DNA of 64,000 bases from an uncultured Armatimonadetes bacterium (GTDB lineage: Bacteria > Armatimonadota > UBA5829): NCBI GenBank assembly GCA_963711155.1, contig CAVQDB010000005.1, positions 899,298-963,297 of the forward strand, read 5' to 3'. This document shows positions 31,073-40,197 of this stretch, in pieces. Below the pieces are notes generated by a model that saw only the letters and a program-made list of their open reading frames with translations, was not told the origin of the DNA and ran no database searches. The translations under genes were made by a program, and so were the position numbers. Position 1 is the first letter of the stretch. Every line of letters starts with the position of its first letter.

Positions 31073-31543
31073 CTACCCGCACGCGTCCAGTGCGTTGATC
31101 TTATTCACGCGGCGCTCGTGACGGCCGCCCTCGAAATCGGTTTGCAGGAATGCCTCCGCGATCTCATGCGCAAGCCCCGGCCCGACGACGCGTCCGCCCA
31201 TGCCGAGCACATTTGCGTTATTGTGCGCTCGGGCCATTCGAGCGGAATAGGTGTCTGAAACGGCGGCGGCGCGAATCCCCTTGACCTTGTTGGCGGTGAT
31301 GGTGACGCCGATACCGGTCCCGCAGATCAGGATCCCTCTATCGAACCGCCCCGCGGCGACCTCACGCGCCACCGCCACGGCAATGTCCGGGTAATCGCAT
31401 GATTCAGTGGAATACGTGCCCAGGTCTTCGATGTCGTAGCCGTCTTCCCGCAGCGCGTTGGCGACCTCCTCCTTGAGCGGATAGCCCGCGTGATCGGACC
31501 CAATCGCCACCCTCAGCTTCCGTGTATTATCAGTCTCGCTCAT
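31073..31543 (-). CDS. rpiB: Ribose-5-phosphate isomerase B
   Basis: 'RVAIGSDHAGY', 'ILICGTGIGVTITANK', 'NANVLGMGGRV'. The start at 31543 has GGAGG 6 nt upstream; the longer track ORF start is rejected. Confidence 0.9.
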   Translation of the reverse strand: MSETDNTRKLRVAIGSDHAGYPLKEEVANALREDGYDIEDLGTYSTESCDYPDIAVAVAREVAAGRFDRGILICGTGIGVTITANKVKGIRAAAVSDTYSARMARAHNNANVLGMGGRVVGPGLAHEIAEAFLQTDFEGGRHERRVNKINALDACG

Positions 31544-31562
31544 CTCGCGCCTCCCACGCCAT

Positions 31563-31591
31563 ATTATAAACCCGGCAGGAGGCATTGTAAA
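31563..31591 (-). promoter_or_regulatory. Sigma70 promoter of rpiB-glyA
   Basis: Minus strand reads TTTACA, 17 nt, TATAAT, followed by the GGAGG Shine-Dalgarno. Confidence 0.65.
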
Positions 31592-31637
31592 GCTCGCGCC
31601 CCCTGGCTGGGCCTTGCGCGCTTGCGCGCCGTTCTCT

Positions 31638-31666
31638 TTGACACGCCTGGCGCCGCGGCATATACT
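31638..31666 (+). promoter_or_regulatory. Sigma70 promoter of the YprB-like gene (near-leaderless)
   Basis: TTGACA, 17 nt, TATACT. The -10 ends 10 nt before the ATG at 31677 and there is no SD. Confidence 0.6.
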
Positions 31667-31676
31667 GTGGATAACT

Positions 31677-32639
31677 ATGCCGTCAGACGATCTCAAGAGC
31701 CGAATCGAGGCCCTCAACAAACGGCCGCTGCGCAACGTGCCCGGCGAAATGGACGGCCTGCGCCGCAAACTCGCCAAGCAGGCCGAAACAAAATCCCGCG
31801 CGCCCGTCGAGCCTGCTCCGTCCCCGAACGCATCTCCGGCGGCGTTCGAGCCGGTGGTCTATTCACGCAGCACTCCTCGGGCGTACTCGACCGTCAGCGA
31901 TCCCTTCGATGATGGAGAGGTCGTCGCGCTGGAGGAGGTCGTGAGCGGAGTTGCGTCGGCGGCGCCGTCGGGGCCGGATTACTATCACATCGAGTACGCG
32001 GCGGTGGATGTCGACGAGAGCGCGCTGGAAATGCACGCGTGTTTCCTGCCGCTGATCGGCCATCCCGAAGGGGCGGCGGTCGAGAAGGTCGCCGCGCTGT
32101 GCAACTCGAAGCGACTCGCGCCGGAAGACACGCTGTTCATGGACATCGAGACGACCGGACTCGGCAACACGCCCGTCTTTCTGATCGGAACGATGGAATC
32201 CGACGCGGACGGATTCGTGTTCAAGCAGTATTTCGCCCGGGATTACTCCGAGGAGATGAGCATACTGTCGGCGTTCTCCAAGCGGCTCGCGGACGCGCGG
32301 ATGCTGGTGACGTTCAACGGCAAGTCGTTCGACATGCCGTATCTGCGGAACCGTGCCGTGGCGACGGCGGTCAAGCTGTCCCACCCCAGGCATCACCTCG
32401 ACCTGCTGCACGAGGCGCGGCGGCACTACGGTCATTCGACGCCGAACCACAAGCTGCAGACCCTCGAGCAGCTCGTGTGCGGAAGGTGCCGCGAGGACGA
32501 TATCCCCGGCGCGCTGATACCGGCGGCGTATCACGAGTTCGTCCGCACCGGCAACGCGCGCAAGATCGGCCTGATACTTCAGCACAACCTCTACGACCTG
32601 CTGACCATGGCGGATCTGATGGCGCGGATGTGGGGGTAG
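31677..32639 (+). CDS. RNase H-like 3'-5' exonuclease, YprB/MrfB-like
   Basis: Intact ORF with 'LFMDIETTGL', 'LVTFNGKSFDMPYL', 'HLDLLH' and 'HNLYDLLTMADL' (DEDDh-like pattern). Lies directly upstream of a YprA-type helicase. Confidence 0.7.
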   Translation: MPSDDLKSRIEALNKRPLRNVPGEMDGLRRKLAKQAETKSRAPVEPAPSPNASPAAFEPVVYSRSTPRAYSTVSDPFDDGEVVALEEVVSGVASAAPSGPDYYHIEYAAVDVDESALEMHACFLPLIGHPEGAAVEKVAALCNSKRLAPEDTLFMDIETTGLGNTPVFLIGTMESDADGFVFKQYFARDYSEEMSILSAFSKRLADARMLVTFNGKSFDMPYLRNRAVATAVKLSHPRHHLDLLHEARRHYGHSTPNHKLQTLEQLVCGRCREDDIPGALIPAAYHEFVRTGNARKIGLILQHNLYDLLTMADLMARMWG

Positions 32640-32690
32640 TGACGCGCTTCGATAAGGCCGCCAGCCTGAGCGCTTACAGTTAGGACAGCC

Positions 32691-35443
32691 ATGGGCTTTG
32701 AGGCGTTTCTCAATAAGCTGCGGGAGTCGCCGGTCTATCGGAACCAGATAGTCCACAGCCATACCGTCGAGGCGCGCGAAGCGCAGTACGCCGAGCCGGA
32801 GTCGCCGCTTGCGGAGGCGTGCTCACGCTATCTCGCCTCGATGGGCATCGAGAAGCTCTACTCGCATCAGGTCGAGGCCATCGACGCCGTGCGCGAAGGC
32901 AGGGACACGCTCGTTGTCACCGGCACCGCGAGCGGCAAGAGCTTGTGCTACCAGCTTCCCCTGCTGGAGATGCTCGAAACGCAGCCCTCCGCTAGCCCTG
33001 AGTGCGAAGCGTATCGAAGGGCGCGCGCGATTCTGCTTCATCCCACCAAGGCGCTCTCCCAGGACCAGTTTCAGGCACTGCAGCGGATGCTGGACGCGGC
33101 GGCTCACTCCGCTAGCCCTGAGTGCGAAGCGTATCGAAGGGCGCGCGCGATTCTGCTTCATCCCACCAAGGCGCTCTCCCAGGACCAGTTTCAGGCACTG
33201 CAGCGGATGCTGGACGCGGCGGCTCACTCCGCTAGCCCTGAGTGCGAAGCGTATCGAAGGGCGCGCGCGATTCTGCTTCATCCCACCAAGGCGCTCTCCC
33301 AGGACCAGTTTCAGGCACTGCAGCGGACGCTGGACGCGGCGGCTCACTCCGCTAGCCCTGAGTGCGAAGCGTATCGAAGGGCGGCCAACTCAGCGCTGGC
33401 GGGGTCCAGTTCCCCACAACTGAACTCATTACATTCGACGGCCCCAGGGCGCTCAGTCGTCGGCGTCTTCGACGGCGACACGCCCGCGAACATGCGCCGC
33501 AAGCTGCGCGATGAGGCGGCGATCATCCTCACAAACCCCGACATGCTCCACGCCGCGCTGCTGCCCAACCACACCCGCTGGGCCGAGTTCCTGCGCAACC
33601 TCAAGTACGTCATAGTCGATGAGATGCACACCTATTCGGGCTTGTTCGGCTCGAACGCGGCCAATCTCTTCCGGCGGTTCGATCGCGTCTGCCGGCACTA
33701 CGGCGCGAGGCCGCAGTTCATCTTCTGCTCGGCGACTGTCGGCAATCCGCTCGAGGTCGCGAAGAAGCTCACCGGCAGGAATCCCGTCCTGATCGACAAC
33801 GACGGCAGCCCGCGCGGCCGCAGGACCTACGTGTTCTGGAACCCGCCCAGGATTCGCGAGCGGCGGATTCGGTCGAGAAGAAGCGCGAACGTCGAGGCGC
33901 ACGAGCTGATGGCCGAGCTGCTCGTGGCCGGCGTTCCGACGATAACGTTCTCCAAGGCGAAGGTGACCGCGGAGCTGATCTATCGATACGTGGTCGAGAC
34001 GCTGGAGCGCAACGCGCCGCATCTTGCGAGCAAGGTGACGCCGTATCGCGGCGGCTATCTGCCCGAGGAGCGGCGCGAGATCGAGCGCAGGCTGTTCTCG
34101 GGCGAGCTGATGGGCGTCAGCACGACGCGCGCGCTGGAGCTTGGAATCGACGTCGGCGGGCTGGATGCGTCGATCATCGTCGGCTATCCCGGCACGCTCG
34201 CGGGTTTCTTCCAGCAGGCGGGCCGCGCGGGCCGGCGGGACCGGGAGTCGCTGGCGGTGCTGGTCGGCATCGACACGGCCGTCAACCAATACGTGATGAA
34301 GCACCCCGATTATGTCTTCGGCAAGCCCATCGAGCGGATCGTGCTCGATCCCGGACAATCCCTACGTGCTCTCCGGCCAGCTCCGATGCGCGGCATACGA
34401 GCTGCCGATCTCGGAGGACGAGGTCGACTTCGTTCGGCGAGTACGCGCGGCTCGTGCTCGATGTGCTCACCGAGCAGCACAAGCTCAACAAGGTCGGCGA
34501 CAAGTGGTATCACGCCTCGGAGGACATCCCCGCAGCACGAGGTCAGCCTGCGCGACTGACTGCGACGCTAACGTCGCGATCACCGACGTCGACACCGGCC
34601 GCGTGATCGGCGAGCTCAACAAATACGACGCGCAGCCGATCATCCACCCGGACGCCATCTACATGCACCAGGGCGAGACGTATCTCGTGCTCGAACTGGA
34701 CCTGGACCGCAACCTCTGCCTGGTCAAGCGCGTCGAGACGGACTACTACACCCAGCCGCTCGGCGGGACCGACGTGCACCACATCGACCAGCCGCTGCGC
34801 GAGCGCGATTTCGGCACGGCGAAGGCGTACTTCGGCGAGGTGACCGTCTACTTCAGCACCGCCGCTCTACGAGCGCATCCACTTCTACAGCCTCGACGCG
34901 ATCTCCCGGCACGAGGTCGAACCTGCCCACCTATCAGCTCGAAACGATGGCGTTCTGGATCACGCCGCGCGAGGAGATCGATGCGCGAGATGATCGAGGA
35001 GGGGCTGGACGTGCACAAGGCGCTGATGGGAATCGGCTACGCGACCCGCATGATCCTGCCGCTGTTCATCCAGTGCGAGACGCTCGATTTCTCGCATTCG
35101 TCCTGCACCGCCGATCAACGCGCCCTGGCATACGATGTTCATCTACGAGCGCTATCCGCACGGGCTCGGCTTCACCGAGCAGGCCTTCGAGATGCTGGGC
35201 GACCTCCTCCCGGCGGTCTACGACACGATCCTCAAGTGCGGCTGCCGCAACGGCTGCCCGTGCTGCGTGGGCAAGCCGCTGCGCGGATACACGACCTGGA
35301 ACATCGAGCGCGGCGAGGCGAACGTGCCCAGCAAGCGCGCGGCGCTGCGGCTGCTCAAGGACATCATCGGCGACGGAACCAAACTGCGCGCAAGCAACCG
35401 TCCAAGAGCATGGGCAAGACGACGCCGAGCGACAGACTGCTGA
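32691..35443 (+). CDS. DEAD/DEAH-box helicase with C-terminal DUF1998-type zinc module (YprA/MrfA-like); contains an in-frame tandem amplification and at least 6 frame breaks; 3' end uncertain
   Basis: Motif I 'TGTASGKSLCYQLP', Ia 'PTKALSQDQ' (present 3 times), II 'VIVDEMH', 'FCSATVGNP', 'VSTTRALELGIDVG' and 'QQAGRAGRR'. The C-terminal reads 'ERYPHGLGF...LKCGCRNGCPCCVGKP' (ORF 35135..35443). Pieces lie in ORFs 32691..34559, 34312..35724, 34947.. and 35135..35443. Confidence 0.8.
32987..33383 (+). repeat. 120-bp tandem repeat, ~3.3 copies, inside the helicase ORF (each unit = REP-A arm + helicase motif Ia segment)
   Basis: Unit starts at 32987, 33107, 33227 and 33347. Copies are identical except one T>C (M>T) in copy 3. 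Each unit encodes 'ASPECEAYRRARAILLHPTKALSQDQFQALQRMLDAAAHS'. Confidence 0.95.
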
Positions 35444-36077
35444 TCGAGCGTGGCATCCGGCGCAGGCTGGAGCGGATGGGCGACCCCGAGGTATTCCATC
35501 CCATCGACCCCAACCCGCAGGTCGGGTTCCCCGAGGTTGAGAAGCCCGCGGCATCGACCGACGCCGACATCGCGCGGCGGGCGTTCAAGCGCGTCATGCT
35601 CGAACTCGACTCAGCATCCAGCCGACGATCGAATGCTCGATGCGAAGCATCGATGGCACGACTGGACCGAGCCGCCGGAGCATCTGACGAAGCCCGAGGG
35701 CGCGTTCGCCGAGCGGGGTTCTGATGTGGACCGGCGGAGTGTTGGTCCGGAGCAGGCGCCGCCGGGTCAGAGCGTGACCGACGCCAGCCGTGGGGCGCGC
35801 GACTTCGACGCGGCTGGCGATCCTGATCTCGCGCACGAGGCAGCGCCGCGCAGCCGCCGCGTGACGTCGAAGGCGCTCAGAGCATTGATGAGGGGAAACG
35901 CGGCGGGAGGGCCGCCGTTGGCGACGGGAGGGCCGCCGTCGAGCGATCCGAAGCCTCAGGCGAAGCAGATCGAGCTTGGGGATTCGACGGCAGCGAAAGC
36001 CAGAAGGCTGAAAAAGCGCAAGTAACATCCTACGCCGCTCAGCCGCAGGAAGTGTATGGCGAAGGAAGTACCCGGCC

Positions 36078-36861
36078 ATGTCACGGATGCGGAAGGGTTT
36101 CACACTAGTAGAACTGCTCACGGTTATCTCAATCATCTCGGTCCTGGCGGCGATGATCTTCCCGGTGTTCCAGCACGCCAAGATGGCAGGACAGCGAGCG
36201 TCATGTCTGAACAACCTGAGGCAGTTGGGGACGGCGGTCAGGTTCTACGAGGACGACTACAACAGGTTTCCGGGCGAATGGCCTTACGTCAGCAATGAGG
36301 AACACTTCACGGCCTGGGCGGCGAGGATCTACAGATACACAAGGAACGATCGGGTGTACCAATGCCCCAGCGCTATCCAGGTACTGGGTGCTGGACATTC
36401 ATACGCCGCCGTTTCAGGGCGTTGTGAGGAACTACAAAGTCAACTACAGCTACAACGAATACATCAACTGGCAGTCGCCGACCGATCCCCACTATCAGTT
36501 CGAATCCGAGAACAAGCTGCGCAACCCGTCATCGACCGCGCTCATCGCCGACGGCTACCAGCACGCGCTGTTCCACGATTGGAACGACTCCGAGGCCTGG
36601 CCGAACAAGGACGGTCTGCCGAGCGGGATGAATCGAATCCGATACTCCGACGGCCCCAGGATCGTCAACGGCGTCAAGCACTGGGAACTCCCACTCGTGC
36701 GACATGGCGGCCCGAACATCGTGTTCTGCGACCTGCACGTGGCGAACGTTCTGAAGGACAAATTCCACGCAGCCAACTACCCCGGCGCGAACTACGACAA
36801 CAACGGCTACTGCACGTGCAAGGAGTACCCGATCGTTTACCCGAACGCCCTGAGGTACTAG
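36078..36861 (+). CDS. Prepilin-type N-terminal cleavage/methylation-domain protein with DUF1559-like C-terminus, one frame break near ~36385
   Basis: 'KGFTLVELLTVISIISVLAAMIFPVF' in ORF 36078..36902. The C-terminal 'RHGGPNIVFCDLHV' is in ORF 36295..36861. Confidence 0.8.
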
Positions 36862-36933
36862 AAAAAAGGGGACAGAGCCCTTTTCTGGCACTCTGCCGTT
36901 GAGACTGCTGAAAAAGGGATCTGTCCCCTTTTC
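36861..36933. terminator. Long hairpin between convergent genes (bidirectional terminator candidate)
   Basis: GAAAAAAGGGGACAGAGCCCTTTT ... AAAAAGGGATCTGTCCCCTTTTC. The outer 12-bp stem AAAAGGGGACAG/CTGTCCCCTTTT is perfect. Confidence 0.6.
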
Positions 36934-37142
36934 TACATTGCCTGCTTGACGACCTCGCGGTTTCCCGAGACGCGTTCTTTCACGCTCGATGCGACCTTGC
37001 CGACCTTCTCCGTCGCAGACTTCGACGTGTCCGCTATCTTGCGCCGTGTTTCCTCGCCCTTCATAGGAGCAAACAGAAGCGCCGCGCCCGCGCCCACGAC
37101 TCCACCAACAAGCATCCCGATCAGGAACCCCTTTGCAGTCAT
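36933..37142 (-). CDS. YtxH-domain small protein
   Basis: 69 aa: 'MTAKGFLIGMLVGGVVGAGAALLFAPMKGEETRRKI...'. The track ORF extension to 37691 is translated repeat DNA and is rejected. Confidence 0.75.
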   Translation of the reverse strand: MTAKGFLIGMLVGGVVGAGAALLFAPMKGEETRRKIADTSKSATEKVGKVASSVKERVSGNREVVKQAM

Positions 37143-37185
37143 CTCGATCCGCCTCCGCAATGGCCTATTTGCTCCTATATACCCT

Positions 37186-37812
37186 TGCGGTTTCGGGGCG
37201 AAAAGGAGAACGGTCAAGAACTTGCCCGTCCAGCACATCCAAGCCCTGGACGCCTGCATCCGGCTCCGGAAGCCTTCCAACGACGATACTTCGGGGCTGC
37301 TTTTCGCCCCGAAGGCCCCGCGACTATCCACCAGCCTGCCAATCGCGGACGGCCACGCACTGCGCACCGGCATCGCCCACAGCGGTCTTGCGAACCGCTC
37401 CGGGGAAGCCCCCAACGACGATACTTCGGGGCTGCTTTTCGCCCCGAAGGCCCAGCGACTATCCACAAGGCTGCCAGTCGCGGACGGCCACGCACTGCGC
37501 ACCGGCATCGCCCACAGCGGTCTTGCGAACCGCTCCGGGGAAGCCTCCAACGACGATGCTTCGGGGCTGCTTTTCGCCCCGAAGGCCCAGCGACTATCCA
37601 CCAGCCTGCCAATCGCGGACCCGCCATCTGGCTTGTGCACTCCCGACAGGTCCGGTGCATTCGGGGCGAAAAGCGAGCCCCGAAAGATCACTCTGTGCTT
37701 GACCAGGGCCTTCGGACGGCCAGCCGTCTAGCCCCGAGGCATCGAAAGATCACTCTGTGCCTGACCAGGGCCTCCAGACGGCGGGCCATCCAGCCCCGAG
37801 GCATCGAAGTCG
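37186..37812. repeat. REP-C cluster: ~135-bp tandem (2.7 copies, 37263-37625) plus 61-bp tandem (2 copies, 37686-37810)
   Basis: Core hairpin CTTCGGGGC-TGCTTTT-GCCCCGAAG with flanking CCAACGACGATRCTT and GACTATCCACCAGCCTGCCAATCGCGGAC. The second module reads GATCACTCTGTGCYTGACCAGGGCC...AGCCCCGAGGCATCGAA. Confidence 0.9.
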
Positions 37813-38219
37813 CGGCAACGTCCTTCGACAGGCTCATGATGCTCGACAGGCTCACGATGCGCGAAGTCGGCCTGCGCCGACTGGGCGGCGGAGAAGGCCA
37901 ACACGTAGCGCGCCTCCACCGACTGCCGGCGCTTGGCGGGGTCTTTGCTCCTCGCATTGGAGTCGATGAGTAGCTGGGCGGCGGACTCGGCCTGGCGATA
38001 CTTGCCGTGGTTGCAGGCGTCCACGATTGGCGCGACGGGGCTGGTGGACTTGCGCTGTAGCTGGTCTGCCCGCTTCAGACCGCCGAATCCCTCGGGCGAG
38101 TAGACGGATTTGGTCCCGCGATGCGTCGCCCACCACCAGACCACTCCGCCTGCCACTATCACGATCGCCGCGATCACGGCAATCACGCGCCTACCCGATA
38201 CAAAACACCTCAAAGCCAT
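37728..38219 (-). CDS. Hypothetical membrane-anchored protein; 3' part reads into repeat DNA
   Basis: 163-aa ORF with N-terminal TM 'VIAVIAAIVIVAGGVVWWW'. No recognisable domain. Confidence 0.4.
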   Translation of the reverse strand: MALRCFVSGRRVIAVIAAIVIVAGGVVWWWATHRGTKSVYSPEGFGGLKRADQLQRKSTSPVAPIVDACNHGKYRQAESAAQLLIDSNARSKDPAKRRQSVEARYVLAFSAAQSAQADFAHREPVEHHEPVEGRCRDFDASGLDGPPSGGPGQAQSDLSMPRG

Positions 38220-39426
38220 CCTCCCATCCCGATCTCAAGACCGCTGGAGCCCCGATGCACCGCAATCCGTGTTCGTCCGTGTGCGGGAAGCGAATCGAAC
38301 ACGGATAACACGGATGAACACGGACCGCCCTATGGCACGGCGCAATCGCGCTGCAGTAGCCCGTGCTCGCCGACGGACATCTGCTTCGGGGCGAAAAACG
38401 AGCCCGCGAAGCATCTGTCCTTACGCTTGATCGCCAGTGTCGGGGCCGGGTGGAGCCCCGAGGCATAGAAACTGCAACTATGACACTATGGACGCAGGCG
38501 GTACTTGACGCCACTTCTATAGGGAGGCATCGAAGAAACGTACTAATGTCGATCTCTGTATCCGGGCAGAGTTCCGTCAGCCCTGGAGGCAGCTTTCCGC
38601 TGGTGGCCCATTCCCTGAACGTGTCCAGACCTCTGCTGTGAAAGCACTGAAAGCCAGCGTCTGCCATCACTGCTAGAGCGGACGACAAGAACGAGCTAAG
38701 CTCTAGGCACTTCGAGTAGAAATTGGCGCCTATCACGCAGTTGGCATGTGCACCTGCCATCAGGTAGAATGTGGCCTCGTCTATAACCGAGGGAGCGCTG
38801 GCGAAGCTGCTTGGCACATGGCCAATCGGGGCGTATGCGGGCGAGACGAACATGAGATGGATTGCGCTGTCCAGGTCACCTTCAGCAAGCGCCCTATCGA
38901 GGCTCTGCCGGTACTTTCCGGCGCGAGACGAGAACGACATGGCTGTTCCGCTCGCGCTCCACCGACCTGGCCACCAGACCTCGCCAGGGAAGTGGCGGGG
39001 CGGCACGCGTCTGAAGACATTTCCAGGAACGCCGTCGCGAGACGAACCGACCCATGCCTCCGATGCTGACCATTGTGATACCAGGGCCGCCACGGCGTCT
39101 GCAGCCGACACCCCGCAGGTGTAGACAACGTCGTTGTTTCGCGCGATCCCCACCACTATCTGTCTGATCGCCTGCGCCGCGCTCTGCCAGGCAACGTCCG
39201 CATCCTCGCCGCTGGCCTCTCGATAGCCATCCAGGATCCCGGCCACCAGATTCACGCGCCACACGCGTGCGCCCGCTTCAGTGTCCGCAAACGGGTGCTC
39301 GGCGCTGACAAGGGACTGATTCACTTCTGCAACACGTCCTTCAGACACTCCCACTCCGCGTTCAGGTTGCCAGCATTCGATACTTCGGTGCTTCGCCGCG
39401 CACGGTGCTCTCGCGTAACGCACCAA
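38191..39426 (-). CDS. Hypothetical protein in the Rhs island (about 290 aa of unique sequence; both ends run into REP-C DNA)
   Basis: 411-aa ORF. The unique core is roughly 38470-39340. The last ~90 codons and first ~10 codons are repeat-encoded. Confidence 0.4.
   Translation of the reverse strand: MVRYARAPCAAKHRSIECWQPERGVGVSEGRVAEVNQSLVSAEHPFADTEAGARVWRVNLVAGILDGYREASGEDADVAWQSAAQAIRQIVVGIARNNDVVYTCGVSAADAVAALVSQWSASEAWVGSSRDGVPGNVFRRVPPRHFPGEVWWPGRWSASGTAMSFSSRAGKYRQSLDRALAEGDLDSAIHLMFVSPAYAPIGHVPSSFASAPSVIDEATFYLMAGAHANCVIGANFYSKCLELSSFLSSALAVMADAGFQCFHSRGLDTFREWATSGKLPPGLTELCPDTEIDISTFLRCLPIEVASSTACVHSVIVAVSMPRGSTRPRHWRSSVRTDASRARFSPRSRCPSASTGYCSAIAPCHRAVRVHPCYPCSIRFPHTDEHGLRCIGAPAVLRSGWEDGFEVFCIG
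38267..38323. repeat. Hairpin repeat CCGTGTTCGTCCGTGT ... ACACGGATGAACACGG
   Basis: 16-bp inverted arms with a single mismatch, plus an inner ACACGGATAACACGG duplication. Confidence 0.7.
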
Positions 39427-39429
39427 GTG

Positions 39430-39665
39430 TCCGCGACCCGCTCCGGGAAGCCCCCCAACGACGATGCTTCGGGGCTGCTTTTCGCCCCGAAGGCCCCCGG
39501 ACTATCCACCAGCCCGCCAAGCGCGGACGGACGAGGCAACGCCCCGGCAGCCTCGTGCTCACCGACGGACAGTTGCTTCGGGGCGAAAAACGAGCCGCCG
39601 AAGCATCTGTCCTCACGCTTGATTGCCAATGTCAGGGCCGGGTGTAGCCCCGAGACATACAACCT
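39430..39665. repeat. REP-C copies
   Basis: Same CCAACGACGATGCTTCGGGGCTGCTTTTCGCCCCGAAGG module, plus the GAAGCATCTGTCCTCACGCTTGATTGCCAATGTCAGGGCCGGGTGTAGCCCCGAG module. Copies of the second module also occur at 38385-38465 and 40855-40965. Confidence 0.9.
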
Positions 39666-39668
39666 GGG

Positions 39669-39890
39669 TCAGGCTGACGGTCCGCGCGCCGACCGCGCCT
39701 GAACGCACAGCGCGACCCCCAAAACTAACAACAAGATGCTTACCAGCCTGCCATGGCCCAGGCCCGGGTGTATGAGCCCGAACACCCCGGTGCCAGCCGA
39801 CAGCAGGCCCAGCAACAGGGGCATCCAGCGTCGCACTAGGGCCAAGCGTCTGTGGTTGTCCTGACTCATCTTCCACCTCTCCGGCGTCAA
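39669..39890 (-). CDS. Small two-TM membrane protein (candidate immunity/accessory)
   Basis: 73-aa ORF: 'WMPLLLGLLSAGTGVFGLI...LVSILLLVLGVALCV'. Confidence 0.4.
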   Translation of the reverse strand: MTPERWKMSQDNHRRLALVRRWMPLLLGLLSAGTGVFGLIHPGLGHGRLVSILLLVLGVALCVQARSARGPSA

Positions 39891-39912
39891 GTCGTAGGAG
39901 GCGAGCTCAGCA

Positions 39913-40197
39913 TCAGTTGGCGGGCGGCTGGTCCATGTCCTCGACCATCATGATGGCGAGACTTGCCAACGCAACCAAGCCCCCAACAAGCCCGGCTACC
40001 TCAAAGAGCACGCCGCCGTTCGGGACAGCAATGGCTTCCTGGGCGAGCGAGATGCCGAGTTCAATCCACGGCAGGCCCAAAGGTGGAGCACAGCCCGCAT
40101 TCGTAAGCATCGACAGTATGGCTCCCCCTACGCAGAGAAGTACCGCATCAAACATCCGGCTGGTCACTACTGCGCACAACACTCCAGTAATCGCCAA
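39913..40197 (-). CDS. Small Gly/Ala-rich hydrophobic protein (about 3 TM); either an immunity protein or the frame-shifted C-terminal toxin tip of the upstream Rhs fragment
   Basis: 94-aa ORF with a TTG start. It overlaps the last 50 nt of the Rhs ORF in another frame, and its frame opens right after the DPDGK motif. Confidence 0.4.
   Translation of the reverse strand: MAITGVLCAVVTSRMFDAVLLCVGGAILSMLTNAGCAPPLGLPWIELGISLAQEAIAVPNGGVLFEVAGLVGGLVALASLAIMMVEDMDQPPAN

Noticed and set aside
35444-36025. Extra C-terminal extension of the helicase, or a separate 191-aa ORF (35450..36025)
   Set aside because: The sequence is low-complexity (Arg/Pro/Ala/Gly-rich), contains a REP-B arm (35590-35625), and has several open frames. 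I cannot decide between a disordered tail, a small gene or non-coding DNA, so it is left unannotated.
36933-37973. ORFs 36933..37691(-), 36946..37731(+), 37133..37702(+), 37185..37973(+) and 37214..37660(-) as proteins with internal repeats
   Set aside because: All frames and both strands are open only because they run through the REP-C tandem array. The repeated peptide is just translated repeat DNA. Only the 69-aa YtxH ORF at the 3' end is credible. The same reasoning applies to 47665..48252, 47709..48263, 32809..33423 and 32823..33347.
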